DNA of 32,000 nucleotides from Candidatus Atelocyanobacterium thalassa isolate ALOHA. Lineage in GTDB: Bacteria; Cyanobacteriota; Cyanobacteriia; Cyanobacteriales; Microcystaceae. The translations under genes were made by a program, and so were the position numbers. Location of the stretch: the NCBI RefSeq assembly GCF_000025125.1, contig NC_013771.1, positions 120,001 to 152,000 of the forward strand, given 5' to 3'. Shown here in pieces: positions 1-8,425 of this stretch. The first letter of the stretch is position 1, and each line of letters opens with the position of its first letter. The notes below the pieces were generated by a model. The model searched no databases. It saw nothing but the letters and a program-made list of their open reading frames with translations, and had not been told where the DNA came from.

Positions 1-503
1 CTCTTAAACCAGTTATTTATGCTGCTAATGTTTCCGAAGATGATTTGAGTTCAGAAAATGATTGGGTACAAGAAGTAAGAAATTTTGCTTCTAATAGTCA
101 TGCAAAAGTAATTGTAGTTTCTGCCCAAGTAGAATCAGAACTAATAGAAATTTCAGATGAAGAAAAATTGGAGTTTTTAAATGCTTTGGGAGTAAGCGAA
201 GGCGGCTTAAAACTTTTAATCAAAGCAGTTTATGATTTGCTTGGATTAAGAACATATTTAACCACTGGTCCTAAAGAAACTCGTGCTTGGACTATCTATG
301 CTGGAATGAAAGCTCCTCAGGCTGCAGGTGTAATTCACTCAGATTTTGAAAGAGGATTTATTCGTGCTGAAACTATCTCTTATAAAGATTTAGTATTTTG
401 TAAAAATATTACTTTAGCAAAAGAGAAAGGTTTGGTAAGAAGTGAAGGTAAAGACTATGTTGTTCAAGAGGGAGATGTAATTTTATTTAGATTTAATGTT
501 TAG
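1..503 (+). CDS. ychF: Redox-regulated ATPase YchF, C-terminal part. The 5' end lies outside the window; the reading frame is open from base 3.
   Basis: The frame is open from the window edge (LKPVIYAANVSEDDL...). The C-terminal YchF signature is present: RAWTIYAGMKAPQAAGVIHSDFERGFIRAE...GKDYVVQEGDVILFRFNV. The track's M at 45 is an internal TTG. Confidence 0.85.
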   Translation, partial: LKPVIYAANVSEDDLSSENDWVQEVRNFASNSHAKVIVVSAQVESELIEISDEEKLEFLNALGVSEGGLKLLIKAVYDLLGLRTYLTTGPKETRAWTIYAGMKAPQAAGVIHSDFERGFIRAETISYKDLVFCKNITLAKEKGLVRSEGKDYVVQEGDVILFRFNV

Positions 504-825
504 CAACTTTGTAAAAAAATAAATTGATATTAACTATTTGTTGTTAATCTGTTCAACTTAATCTACATAGTAAAAGTAGTTATTTTCTATCTTGTAGCAT
601 TAATATTTATGAAGAAAGAACTTTATGTATTTACTAGTCATACTATCGTATCAGTATATAAAATAAATAATATTGCTAATATTTTACATACGCATTAATT
701 ATGTAATCTACTCGCTAAATATATCTTGTGATATGTAAACTTAAAATTTTTTATTTTTACACTGAAGAAGATACATAAAAGAGTTAAAATATTGTAATAC
801 GCTTAATAAGGAGTATTTAAAACTA

Positions 826-927
826 ATGTCAGGATATGCTATTGCTGGATTCAGTGGATATATTATTTCTTATACTGTAATCGCTCTTGGATTATATTTT
901 GGATTACGTATTGCTAAAATAATTTAG
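826..927 (+). CDS. petL: Cytochrome b6f complex subunit PetL-like small membrane protein (33 aa). It falls below the ORF-track size cutoff.
   Basis: ATG at 826 is preceded by AAGGAG (808-813, 12 nt spacing). The product is MSGYAIAGFSGYIISYTVIALGLYFGLRIAKII, a single TM helix. From memory, its C-terminal GLYFGLRIAKII resembles PetL tails such as GLxxGLxxxKLI. A strong hairpin follows directly. Confidence 0.6.
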   Translation: MSGYAIAGFSGYIISYTVIALGLYFGLRIAKII

Positions 928-963
928 TTATGATATCGGCATCAACGCCGATATCATAACTAA
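924..963 (+). terminator. Perfect 17-bp stem with 6-nt loop, overlapping the petL stop codon. Candidate terminator or RNA-stability hairpin.
   Basis: TTAGTTATGATATCGGC (924-940), loop ATCAAC, GCCGATATCATAACTAA (947-963). The arms are exact reverse complements. No clean U-tract follows, so intrinsic-terminator status is uncertain. Confidence 0.45.
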
Positions 964-1215
964 TATTAAGTTAAAAAAATGTTTCTAAGTCATCTAGAAT
1001 GCTTTAGAAGTAACTAGTCACATAAATAAAAAATTTAATATTTTATAAAGTCATATTATTAAAATTACAGAAATAAAAGTCTAGTGTGAAAAATGATAAT
1101 AATATTTCGACATTGTGCTTTTGTCTAATTTAATTATTTAAATGATTTTTAATTTTTTATTTAGAATTGTTCAATGCTTCTGTTAAAATTTTTATGGCTT
1201 CTATGATTTTGACTA

Positions 1216-2241
1216 ATGGCAGGGAATCGAGCAAGAATAGCAGTAGATGCTATGGGAGGAGACTATGCTCCTATAGAAATCATAAAAGGGGCTATCCGAG
1301 CCTCAAAAGAATTAGATGTTGACATCTTGTTGGTAGGTAATCGTCAGCAAATTCAAGCATCTTTTCAAGATAGTAGTAAATTTTCTAATATTGAAATAGT
1401 AGATGCAGATGAAATAATTGCTATGCACGAAGGGATCAACGAACTTCGTCGTAAGCCTAAAGCTTCAATTAATGTTGCTATGGACTTAGTTAAGAAAAAT
1501 CGTGCAGATGCAGTAATCTCTGCTGGACATTCTGGAGCAGCAATGGGAGCTGCTACTCTCAAGTTAGGTCGCCTGAAAGGTATTGATCGTCCAGCTATTG
1601 GAGCCGTTTTTCCAACTCTCATAGCAAATAAGTCAGTTATTGTCTTGGATGTAGGAGCTAATGTAGATTGTCGTCCTAAATATTTAGAGCAATTTGCTTT
1701 AATGGGAACAATCTATAGTAAGTATGTGATGGGAATCAACACTCCTAAGGTAGGATTACTTAACATTGGAGAAGAATCTAGTAAAGGAAATGATCTTGCT
1801 TTAGCAACTCATAAGTTATTAGAAAATAATGAAACAATTCCTTTTATTGGTAATGCTGAAGGAAGAGATATACTTTCAGGAAAATTTGATGTTATTGTTT
1901 GTGACGGTTTTGTAGGTAATGTTTTACTTAAGTTTGCCGAAGCTGTTGGTGACGTAGTATTGCAAATTATGCATGAGGAACTACCTCAAGGCTGGAGAGG
2001 ATTATTAGGGACATTTATTTTAAAATCCAACCTTAAAAAACTGAAACAACGAATAGACCATGCTGAACATGGTGGTGGATTACTATTGGGAGTAGCTGGT
2101 ATTTGTATTATTAGTCATGGTAGTTCTCGAGCTCCATCAATCTTTAATGCAATTCGTTTAGCAAAAGAGGCTATTGATCACAAAGTATTGGAACAAATTA
2201 ACTCTTACGGAGATAAGCTAATACCAGAAAGCCCTAATTAG
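1216..2241 (+). CDS. plsX: Phosphate acyltransferase PlsX
   Basis: 341 aa. N-terminal RIAVDAMGGDYAP is present and the protein is PlsX-like across its full length. It sits upstream of fabH-fabD, as in many bacteria. Confidence 0.93.
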   Translation: MAGNRARIAVDAMGGDYAPIEIIKGAIRASKELDVDILLVGNRQQIQASFQDSSKFSNIEIVDADEIIAMHEGINELRRKPKASINVAMDLVKKNRADAVISAGHSGAAMGAATLKLGRLKGIDRPAIGAVFPTLIANKSVIVLDVGANVDCRPKYLEQFALMGTIYSKYVMGINTPKVGLLNIGEESSKGNDLALATHKLLENNETIPFIGNAEGRDILSGKFDVIVCDGFVGNVLLKFAEAVGDVVLQIMHEELPQGWRGLLGTFILKSNLKKLKQRIDHAEHGGGLLLGVAGICIISHGSSRAPSIFNAIRLAKEAIDHKVLEQINSYGDKLIPESPN

Positions 2242-2445
2242 CAAATTGCATGATAGCGAAAATAAAAATCTTAAATGCCATTAATTTTTAATTTACTATT
2301 CACTGCTTTTCTTTTTTCATATTCTTAGTTTTAATATAGAGGATTGAAAAATATCATTAGAAATAATAAAAATAATTTTTCAAAATTTTAATCCTAGATC
2401 CTCTTTTATTCAATTATGTTAAAAAATTATCAGGGGGAATAATTA

Positions 2446-3453
2446 TTGAGAGAATTAGATATTGGTATAGCTATTACTGGTTGTGGTTCGGCTACACCAA
2501 AACAAATAATGACAAACGAAGATTTAAGTTATCTAGTAGATACTTCTGATGAATGGATCTATAGTAGAACAGGTATCAAAGAAAGACGTCTAGCGACAAA
2601 TAACTTGTCTTTAAGTGATCTCTCAGCTGAAGCTGCAATTAAAGGAATTACTATGGCAGGTCTTTCTCCTTCTGATATTGACTTAATTATCTTAGCAACT
2701 TCTACAGCTGATGATTTGTTTGGTAGTGCATCTAAAATTCAAAATATACTAAAAGCTGATAATGCAGTGGCTTTTGACCTAACAGCAGCTTGCTCAGGAT
2801 TCGTGTTCGGACTAATTACAGCCGCTCAATTTATTTATTCAGGAGTTTATCAAAAAGTTCTAATAATTGGTGGTGATATGCTTTCTCGCTGGGTAGACTG
2901 GTCTGATCGTAACACTTGTGTTTTATTTGGAGATGGAGCTGGGGCTGTGGTTTGTCAACGAGCTGTCAAAAATGATCACTTACTAGGTTTCGCTATGTAT
3001 AGTGACGGGAAGCAGAATGAATCCTTGAATCTAGCATATGATTTTCAAACTAAATTCCTTAAAAATGGCATGGAAATTAATCAAGGTAATTATCAATTTG
3101 TTACAATGAAGGGGAAAGAAGTTTATCGCTTTGCTATCGAAAAGGTTCCAGAAGTTATTGAAAAGGCTCTCCATAAAGCAAAATTAACAACTAATGATAT
3201 TGATTGGCTTATCCTACATCAAGCAAATCAAAGAATCATAGAGGTAGTTGCTAGAAAACTAAAAATTCCATCAGAAAAGGTAATTTCAAACATTAGTAAA
3301 TATGGAAATACATCAGCTGCATCTATTCCATTAGCTTTGGATGAAGCGGTAAGATCTGGCAAGATAAAATCAGGTGATATTGTCGCTAGTTCAGGTTTTG
3401 GAGCTGGTTTAACCTGGGGAGCAGTTATTTTTAGATGGACTGTTGAAGTTTAA
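2446..3453 (+). CDS. fabH: 3-oxoacyl-ACP synthase III (FabH)
   Basis: 335 aa. The catalytic triad contexts are AACSGF (Cys), LHQANQRI (His) and GNTSAASI (Asn). The start is TTG, preceded by AGGGGGA. Confidence 0.93.
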   Translation: MRELDIGIAITGCGSATPKQIMTNEDLSYLVDTSDEWIYSRTGIKERRLATNNLSLSDLSAEAAIKGITMAGLSPSDIDLIILATSTADDLFGSASKIQNILKADNAVAFDLTAACSGFVFGLITAAQFIYSGVYQKVLIIGGDMLSRWVDWSDRNTCVLFGDGAGAVVCQRAVKNDHLLGFAMYSDGKQNESLNLAYDFQTKFLKNGMEINQGNYQFVTMKGKEVYRFAIEKVPEVIEKALHKAKLTTNDIDWLILHQANQRIIEVVARKLKIPSEKVISNISKYGNTSAASIPLALDEAVRSGKIKSGDIVASSGFGAGLTWGAVIFRWTVEV

Positions 3454-3481
3454 TCTTTTTATTAAACATTTTTTAAAAAAT

Positions 3482-4360
3482 ATGGTGACAAAAACAGCAT
3501 GGGTATTCCCAGGACAGGGATCACAAGTAGTTGGCATGGGGAAAGATCTAGCAACAACTTCTTTAGGAGAAGAGTATTTTAAAGAAGCGCAAGATATTTT
3601 AGGTTGGTCTGTGCTTGAGTTATGTGAAGGTGATACAGTAAATTTATCTAAAACCTTATATACTCAACCTTGTCTTTATGTAATCCAATGTATTCTTGTT
3701 CGTTTATTAAAAGAGAATCAAGTCAATCCAAATCTTCTAGCCGGCCATAGCTTAGGGGAATATGTGGCTTTATATGCAGCGGAGGTTTTTGATTTTACTA
3801 CAGGGCTGAAATTGGTTAAAAGTCGTGCAGAGTTGATGAATAAAGCTGTTGGAGGGAAAATGGTTGCTTTGATAAAATTTGATCGTTTATCTCTCAATGA
3901 AATAATTGCAAATACTCCTGATGTAGTTTTAGCTAACGATAATAGTGAACAACAGGTAGTTATTTCAGGTACTCCTCAAGCAGTTGATGAAGTTTCTCAT
4001 AAGATTAAAGCGAAAAGAGCTATTGAGCTTAAGGTGTCTGGGGCATTTCATTCTCATTTAATGAAAGAAGCATCAGAACAATTTCAAATATTATTAGAAA
4101 ATACTGATTTTAAAGAAGCACAAATTCCCATTCTTTCAAATATTGAAGCAGTTCCAAGGACTTCTGAAATTATCTTAAAAGAAAACTTAAAAAAACAAAT
4201 GACTGGGTCAGTTCGTTGGCGTGAAACCATGGTTTTCATGGTAGAGCATGAAATTACTAATATAATAGAAATTGGACCAGGCAAAATTCTATCTAACTTA
4301 TTTAAGAAAGAATATACTCAAATTGACACAAGAAGTATTGGATCTCTGTCTGATTTCTGA
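3482..4360 (+). CDS. fabD: Malonyl-CoA:ACP transacylase (FabD)
   Basis: Contains FPGQGSQ and the active-site motif GHSLGEY. I prefer the ATG at 3482 (MVTKTAWVFPGQGSQ) to the track's TTG at 3443, which overlaps the fabH end. Confidence 0.9.
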   Translation: MVTKTAWVFPGQGSQVVGMGKDLATTSLGEEYFKEAQDILGWSVLELCEGDTVNLSKTLYTQPCLYVIQCILVRLLKENQVNPNLLAGHSLGEYVALYAAEVFDFTTGLKLVKSRAELMNKAVGGKMVALIKFDRLSLNEIIANTPDVVLANDNSEQQVVISGTPQAVDEVSHKIKAKRAIELKVSGAFHSHLMKEASEQFQILLENTDFKEAQIPILSNIEAVPRTSEIILKENLKKQMTGSVRWRETMVFMVEHEITNIIEIGPGKILSNLFKKEYTQIDTRSIGSLSDF

Positions 4361-4392
4361 AAATAATATTAAAAAATATAATTTATATATTT

Positions 4393-5493
4393 CTAAATTT
4401 GAGAATAGCCACGATATCTATAGTAGGCTGAACAACTACCTTCTGAAGATACCATAGGTGCACCTAAAGGGTTTTCTGGAGTACATGTGCTACCAAAAGC
4501 TGGGCAATCATAAGGTTTCTTTTGACCTTGCATGATATCACCACTAATACATATTTGTGGATATTCTGGAATAGGTTTGTCTACAAAAATTTGAAAACGA
4601 TTTAAAGCATCATATTCTTGATATTCAGATCTTAAAGATAAACCACTTTCTGGAATTTCACCGATACCTCTCCAACAACGAGATACTGTCATAAAAATTT
4701 CTTGAACTAGTTTTGTCGCCAGTACATTTCCATCAATACTCACAGAACGAGAATATTGATTTTTACAGTTAAACTCACCAGCTTCCAGTTGTAATATGCA
4801 TTGATAGATTCCTTTTAAGATATCTAAGGGTTCAAATCCTGTTACGATAACAGGGATTTTATATTTTTCAGAAATAGATTGATATTCTTTATATCCAGTT
4901 ATTGTACAGACATGTCCAGCAGCTAAAAATCCTTCTATTGCACAATTAGAAGATGATAAAAGCATTTTCATTGCTGGCGGAACTAAAACATGAGAGACTA
5001 ATAATGAAAAATTTTTAATATTTTGGTGTCTGGCCTGGTATACAGCCATAGCCGTTGCAGGAGCCGTTGTTTCAAAACCAACAGCAAAAAAAACAATTTG
5101 TTTGTCAGGATTTTCTTGAGCAATTTTTAAACTGTCTAAAGGAGAATAAACTATGCGAACATCTCCTCCGGAAGCTTTTACCATAAGTAGATCTCTTTTT
5201 GTCCCTGGAACCCTTAACATATCCCCAAAAGAGCAAAAAATAATATTAGGTAAATTGGCAATAATTAAAGCATAATCAATCAATTCTATTGGGGTTACGC
5301 AGACAGGACATCCTGGTCCATGTATTAAAGTTATTTCAGGAGGCAAAAGTTGATCAATACCATATTTAAAAATGGAGTGTGTTTGCCCACCACAAATTTC
5401 CATAATTGTCCAAGGTTTACTAACATTTTTTATAATGTTTTCAGTAAATATTTTAATTAACTCAGAATCACGGTATTCATCAACAAATTTCAT
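4393..5493 (-). CDS. hypD: [NiFe]-hydrogenase maturation protein HypD
   Basis: 366 aa. Motifs present: [31 protein letters not shown] and a C-terminal Cys-rich region ([25 protein letters not shown]). Confidence 0.93.
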   Translation of the reverse strand: MKFVDEYRDSELIKIFTENIIKNVSKPWTIMEICGGQTHSIFKYGIDQLLPPEITLIHGPGCPVCVTPIELIDYALIIANLPNIIFCSFGDMLRVPGTKRDLLMVKASGGDVRIVYSPLDSLKIAQENPDKQIVFFAVGFETTAPATAMAVYQARHQNIKNFSLLVSHVLVPPAMKMLLSSSNCAIEGFLAAGHVCTITGYKEYQSISEKYKIPVIVTGFEPLDILKGIYQCILQLEAGEFNCKNQYSRSVSIDGNVLATKLVQEIFMTVSRCWRGIGEIPESGLSLRSEYQEYDALNRFQIFVDKPIPEYPQICISGDIMQGQKKPYDCPAFGSTCTPENPLGAPMVSSEGSCSAYYRYRGYSQI

Positions 5494-5792
5494 AGTATTT
5501 TTTAAAATATAAATTCTTTAAATAAGCTTTAAATATTCAGATTATCGGTTTGATTTTATATGTTGAATTAAATACATATAAAAAAATTAATTTTTTTTAA
5601 TTGTTGTTTTTGTTAATTAAATTTTTCATATAAAAAGTTATGTATATAGAGAGATAAGGTTTTTTACAGTATTGCAATAGTGTAGATCAATTATTTAATA
5701 TAAATGTTACCTTGATATTACATAGTTATACTTGCTAAGATAAAGTCTTTAGAGAAAACTTAAGTTAGTTTTTAAATTACAGGTCTTTACTT

Positions 5793-6233
5793 ATGTCATC
5801 TTCGGAAAACTCTCTACCATCTAACTTAGCTTGTATTGTTGAAAAGTTTAAGAGACGTTCTGATCCTAAAAAAAGTTACGAGCAATTACTGTGGTATGCA
5901 AAAAAACTATCAGAGATGCCAGAGAATTTTAAAATAGAGACAAATCAGGTCAAGGGATGTGTATCTAAAGTATATATTAGCGCGGATCTTAAAGATGATA
6001 AAGTTTGGTATCAAGGAGATTCGGATGCCCAATTAGTTAAAGGGTTAGTTGCTTTATTAATTGAAGGACTAAATGGACTAACTCCTCAAGAAATTTTGGA
6101 AGTAAATCCTGATTTCATTGAAGATACAGGATTAAAAGTTAGCTTAACGCCATCTCGAGCTAATGGTTTTTATAATATTTTTCAACTAATGAAGAAGAAG
6201 GCATTAGCTTTTCAACTAGGAAAATCAATTTAA
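5793..6233 (+). CDS. sufE: SufE-like cysteine desulfuration (sulfur acceptor) protein
   Basis: 146 aa. The conserved Cys context VKGCVSKVYI and GDSDAQLVKGLVALL are typical of the SufE/CsdE family. Confidence 0.85.
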   Translation: MSSSENSLPSNLACIVEKFKRRSDPKKSYEQLLWYAKKLSEMPENFKIETNQVKGCVSKVYISADLKDDKVWYQGDSDAQLVKGLVALLIEGLNGLTPQEILEVNPDFIEDTGLKVSLTPSRANGFYNIFQLMKKKALAFQLGKSI

Positions 6234-6299
6234 TAGATTTTAATCAAAGAAGGTTAAGATATTTGTTCTTATTATTTAGTTAATTACTAATTTTTAATA

Positions 6300-6336
6300 T
6301 TTATCTTAGTAATCTTGATAAGATTACTAAGATAAA
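6300..6336. terminator. Perfect 17-bp stem with 3-nt loop between convergent sufE and the PBP4 gene. Candidate bidirectional terminator or structural element.
   Basis: TTTATCTTAGTAATCTT (6300-6316), GAT, AAGATTACTAAGATAAA (6320-6336). The arms are exact reverse complements. A T-run precedes it and an A-run follows on the + strand, the reverse of the canonical bidirectional terminator layout. Confidence 0.4.
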
Positions 6337-6450
6337 AAATCAACCATTTACTACATACAAGTTATATTGAGTAATAAAGATAACCTTATTTAAACACCAT
6401 TAAAAAATTATCCCTAGATAGAAAAACAGTAATGATAAACTCCTATTAGC

Positions 6451-7341
6451 TCAGTAATCACAAACACCAACTTTACTTAGTTGAACGATCATCCTATCTA
6501 TTTCTTTAATCAAATTTGGGCCTGAGATATTAGAATTATTAGCTAAAATACTAAAAACTATCATACCAAGGTAAGAATGATCTATGTAGCCGGACAATGC
6601 TCGTACATTTCTTAAAGTTCCTGTTTTTGCATAAACATATCCTTGAGCTGATGTACTTTTCATCCGATTCCTAAGCGTACCTGTTAAACCTGCAACAGGT
6701 AAAGAAGTATAAAAATATTGTTTAGCAGAAGTATAGTACATGGCTCTCAAAACAGTAACTAAAGAACGAGGTGTAGCTATATTACGACGAGATAATCCTG
6801 AGCCATCGATTTGACGAAAACTATTAGATGTAACACCAAGTTGAACTAAAGCCTTTTTTGCAGTTTCTTGCCCATCAATATAGCGAAGTAACGTATCTGC
6901 ATAATAATTATTGCTTTTGGTGTTGGTAATGTTAACCCAAGACTCTAAAGTTTTAGAACCAATTTTTGATTTAGGATTAAATAACTGTAATGCTGCAGCA
7001 GTAGTAAATATTTTATTATTAGAAGCAGGAATAAAATATTTATCTGGATTATGGCTATATAACACAGTGCCATCTTCTAATTTCTCTACTAATATTCCCC
7101 AATGTTTTTGGTGAGAAAGAATAATATTGTCTAATTCTTTGTGGATTAAAAACTTACAAGATTTAGAATCTACTCTACTAAAACTGTTTTTATGTGGTTG
7201 AGTAGATTCTAAATTATTGTAAAGAGAAGGTTGTTTAATAGAAAACATTAATTCACTAGCAAAACTATTGTTAGCCCACAAAACAAAAGTTATTACTAAG
7301 ATAGCTTTTTGGTAAGATAAAAAAAAATTTGGCATCATCAT
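6451..7341 (-). CDS. D-alanyl-D-alanine carboxypeptidase/endopeptidase, PBP4 (peptidase S13) family, unusually short form
   Basis: 296 aa with a signal-peptide-like N-terminus (…LWANNSFA/SE). The three catalytic motifs are SxxK in IPASNNKIFTTAAAL, SxN in DGSGLSRRN and KTG in YAKTGTL. Confidence 0.75.
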   Translation of the reverse strand: MMMPNFFLSYQKAILVITFVLWANNSFASELMFSIKQPSLYNNLESTQPHKNSFSRVDSKSCKFLIHKELDNIILSHQKHWGILVEKLEDGTVLYSHNPDKYFIPASNNKIFTTAAALQLFNPKSKIGSKTLESWVNITNTKSNNYYADTLLRYIDGQETAKKALVQLGVTSNSFRQIDGSGLSRRNIATPRSLVTVLRAMYYTSAKQYFYTSLPVAGLTGTLRNRMKSTSAQGYVYAKTGTLRNVRALSGYIDHSYLGMIVFSILANNSNISGPNLIKEIDRMIVQLSKVGVCDY

Positions 7342-7619
7342 AAAAATGATTTTTAATTATTCATATTAGATTTAAAACATCATGGAAATTTTAATTTTTC
7401 CTGTTTTGCTCAATAATAACTTTATGATAATCTTTTTTTTAAGTTTTAACATAATCTAAAGATTAAAAAAAACTTTTAAATATAATTAATTATTAAGTAC
7501 TTTTAAAGAAGGAATGTTTAACTTTATATTTAATATCTAAAAGATCAATAATCTTTAGTAGGAAAACTGTGATTAATGAAATACCATTAAATTAGCAATT
7601 ACATAATAATTTATTTCTT

Positions 7620-8264
7620 ATGACATCACCAAATCCTTATAGTTATGGATTAGGATTGCATACAACAAGTACTCAGTTGGGGGTTAGTTTAGGTAAACAA
7701 AATCAACAAAAAAGTACTCAAGTTTGGGATCTTAACCGAAAATTATCAAGTCATTTACATAAAATTTTACAAGAATTTATTCAGCCCCAGAGATGGGAGA
7801 ATATTAATTTTGCTGCCGTGGCAAAAGGGCCGGGAAGTTTTACTGGTATCAGAATTGGTATAACTGCTGCTCGTACAATAGCTCAACAACTTGAGATTCC
7901 TTTATTTAGTATATCTACATTAGCGGGATTTGCTTGGTTTCATAAAGATAATAAATTATTTAAAGAGTTAATTCCTGTACAAATGGAAGCTTCAAGAGGA
8001 CAAGTTTATGGAGCAGTTTATCAAAAGAAATCTAAAGGAAATGGTTTAATTGCAGTTGTTAATGATACTGTGATGGAATTAGACAAATGGGAAAAAGTAT
8101 TAAAAGATCTAAATTTATTCCATGAGCCTCTAATTGTTACATCAGAAATAGGAGCTACAGTTTGTAGTATTTTAGAGTTAGCAGAGTTTGAATGGGAACA
8201 GGGCAAACGCCCTCACTTTTCAGAAAGTATGCCATTTTATGGACATTTGAATGTTCCTAGATGA
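7620..8264 (+). CDS. tsaB: tRNA N6-threonylcarbamoyladenosine (t6A) biosynthesis protein TsaB (YeaZ)
   Basis: 214 aa. GPGSFTGIRIGITAARTIAQQL is the hallmark TsaB/YeaZ motif. Confidence 0.85.
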   Translation: MTSPNPYSYGLGLHTTSTQLGVSLGKQNQQKSTQVWDLNRKLSSHLHKILQEFIQPQRWENINFAAVAKGPGSFTGIRIGITAARTIAQQLEIPLFSISTLAGFAWFHKDNKLFKELIPVQMEASRGQVYGAVYQKKSKGNGLIAVVNDTVMELDKWEKVLKDLNLFHEPLIVTSEIGATVCSILELAEFEWEQGKRPHFSESMPFYGHLNVPR

Positions 8265-8425
8265 CTAAGGTTCATAAGATACGAAATTTAGGTAAAAAAT
8301 AAACAACTAGCATCATTTTAAAACACTATAAACACTGAAGTTTGTAGTAATGCTAAATCTTATAGTGATGCTCTGATTTTCTAAAACATAAAACCAAATA
8401 TTTTGTTCATTGTATCTTCTATTTT

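Noticed and set aside
609-698. Short intergenic ORFs: 29 aa at 609-698 (MKKELYVFTSH…), 25 aa at 7382-7459 (MEILIFPVLL…), and several ORFs of 21 codons or fewer in 27168-28386
   Set aside because: They have no Shine-Dalgarno sequence and no resemblance to known cyanobacterial mini-proteins. ORFs of this size are expected by chance in AT-rich DNA. Only the ORF at 826-927 had supporting evidence.
1365-1622. An 85-aa ORF antisense to plsX. Similar shadow ORFs lie at 4084-4284, 6911-7114, 8021-8206, 12290-12553, 13191-13400, 13833-14078, 16195-16389, 20728-20940, 23228-23536, 23907-24092, 26679-26891 and 30518-30724.
   Set aside because: Each lies entirely or mostly inside a well-supported conserved gene on the opposite strand. 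They have low-complexity or odd composition and no recognisable motifs, which is typical of antisense shadow ORFs.
2330-2410. Imperfect long-range complementarity (AGAGGATT…AATCCT…TCCTCT) in the plsX-fabH spacer, and assorted 5-8 bp AT-only stems in other spacers (for example 9530-9570 and 19096-19116)
   Set aside because: The stems are short, imperfect or purely A/T. That is expected by chance at this base composition, so they are not reported as features.
3443-3481. Longer alternative starts offered by the ORF track: fabD TTG 3443, atpA TTG 23802, atpB GTG 26736 and ABC ATPase TTG 15170
   Set aside because: The extensions add non-conserved residues ahead of the conserved N-termini, and the fabD extension overlaps the upstream gene. 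In-frame ATGs at 3482, 23784, 26709 and 15149 give canonical lengths. The atpB start remains the least certain.
4272-4457. A 61-aa + strand ORF bridging the fabD 3' end and the hypD 3' end
   Set aside because: It overlaps two confidently identified genes and has no Shine-Dalgarno sequence or recognisable motifs.
4556-4564. 8/9 matches to the DnaA box complement TGTGGATAA: TGTGGATAT inside hypD, and TGTGGATAC at 28483-28491 inside cyAbrB
   Set aside because: They are isolated single sites inside coding sequence, unclustered and not in AT-rich intergenic DNA. This is compatible with chance.
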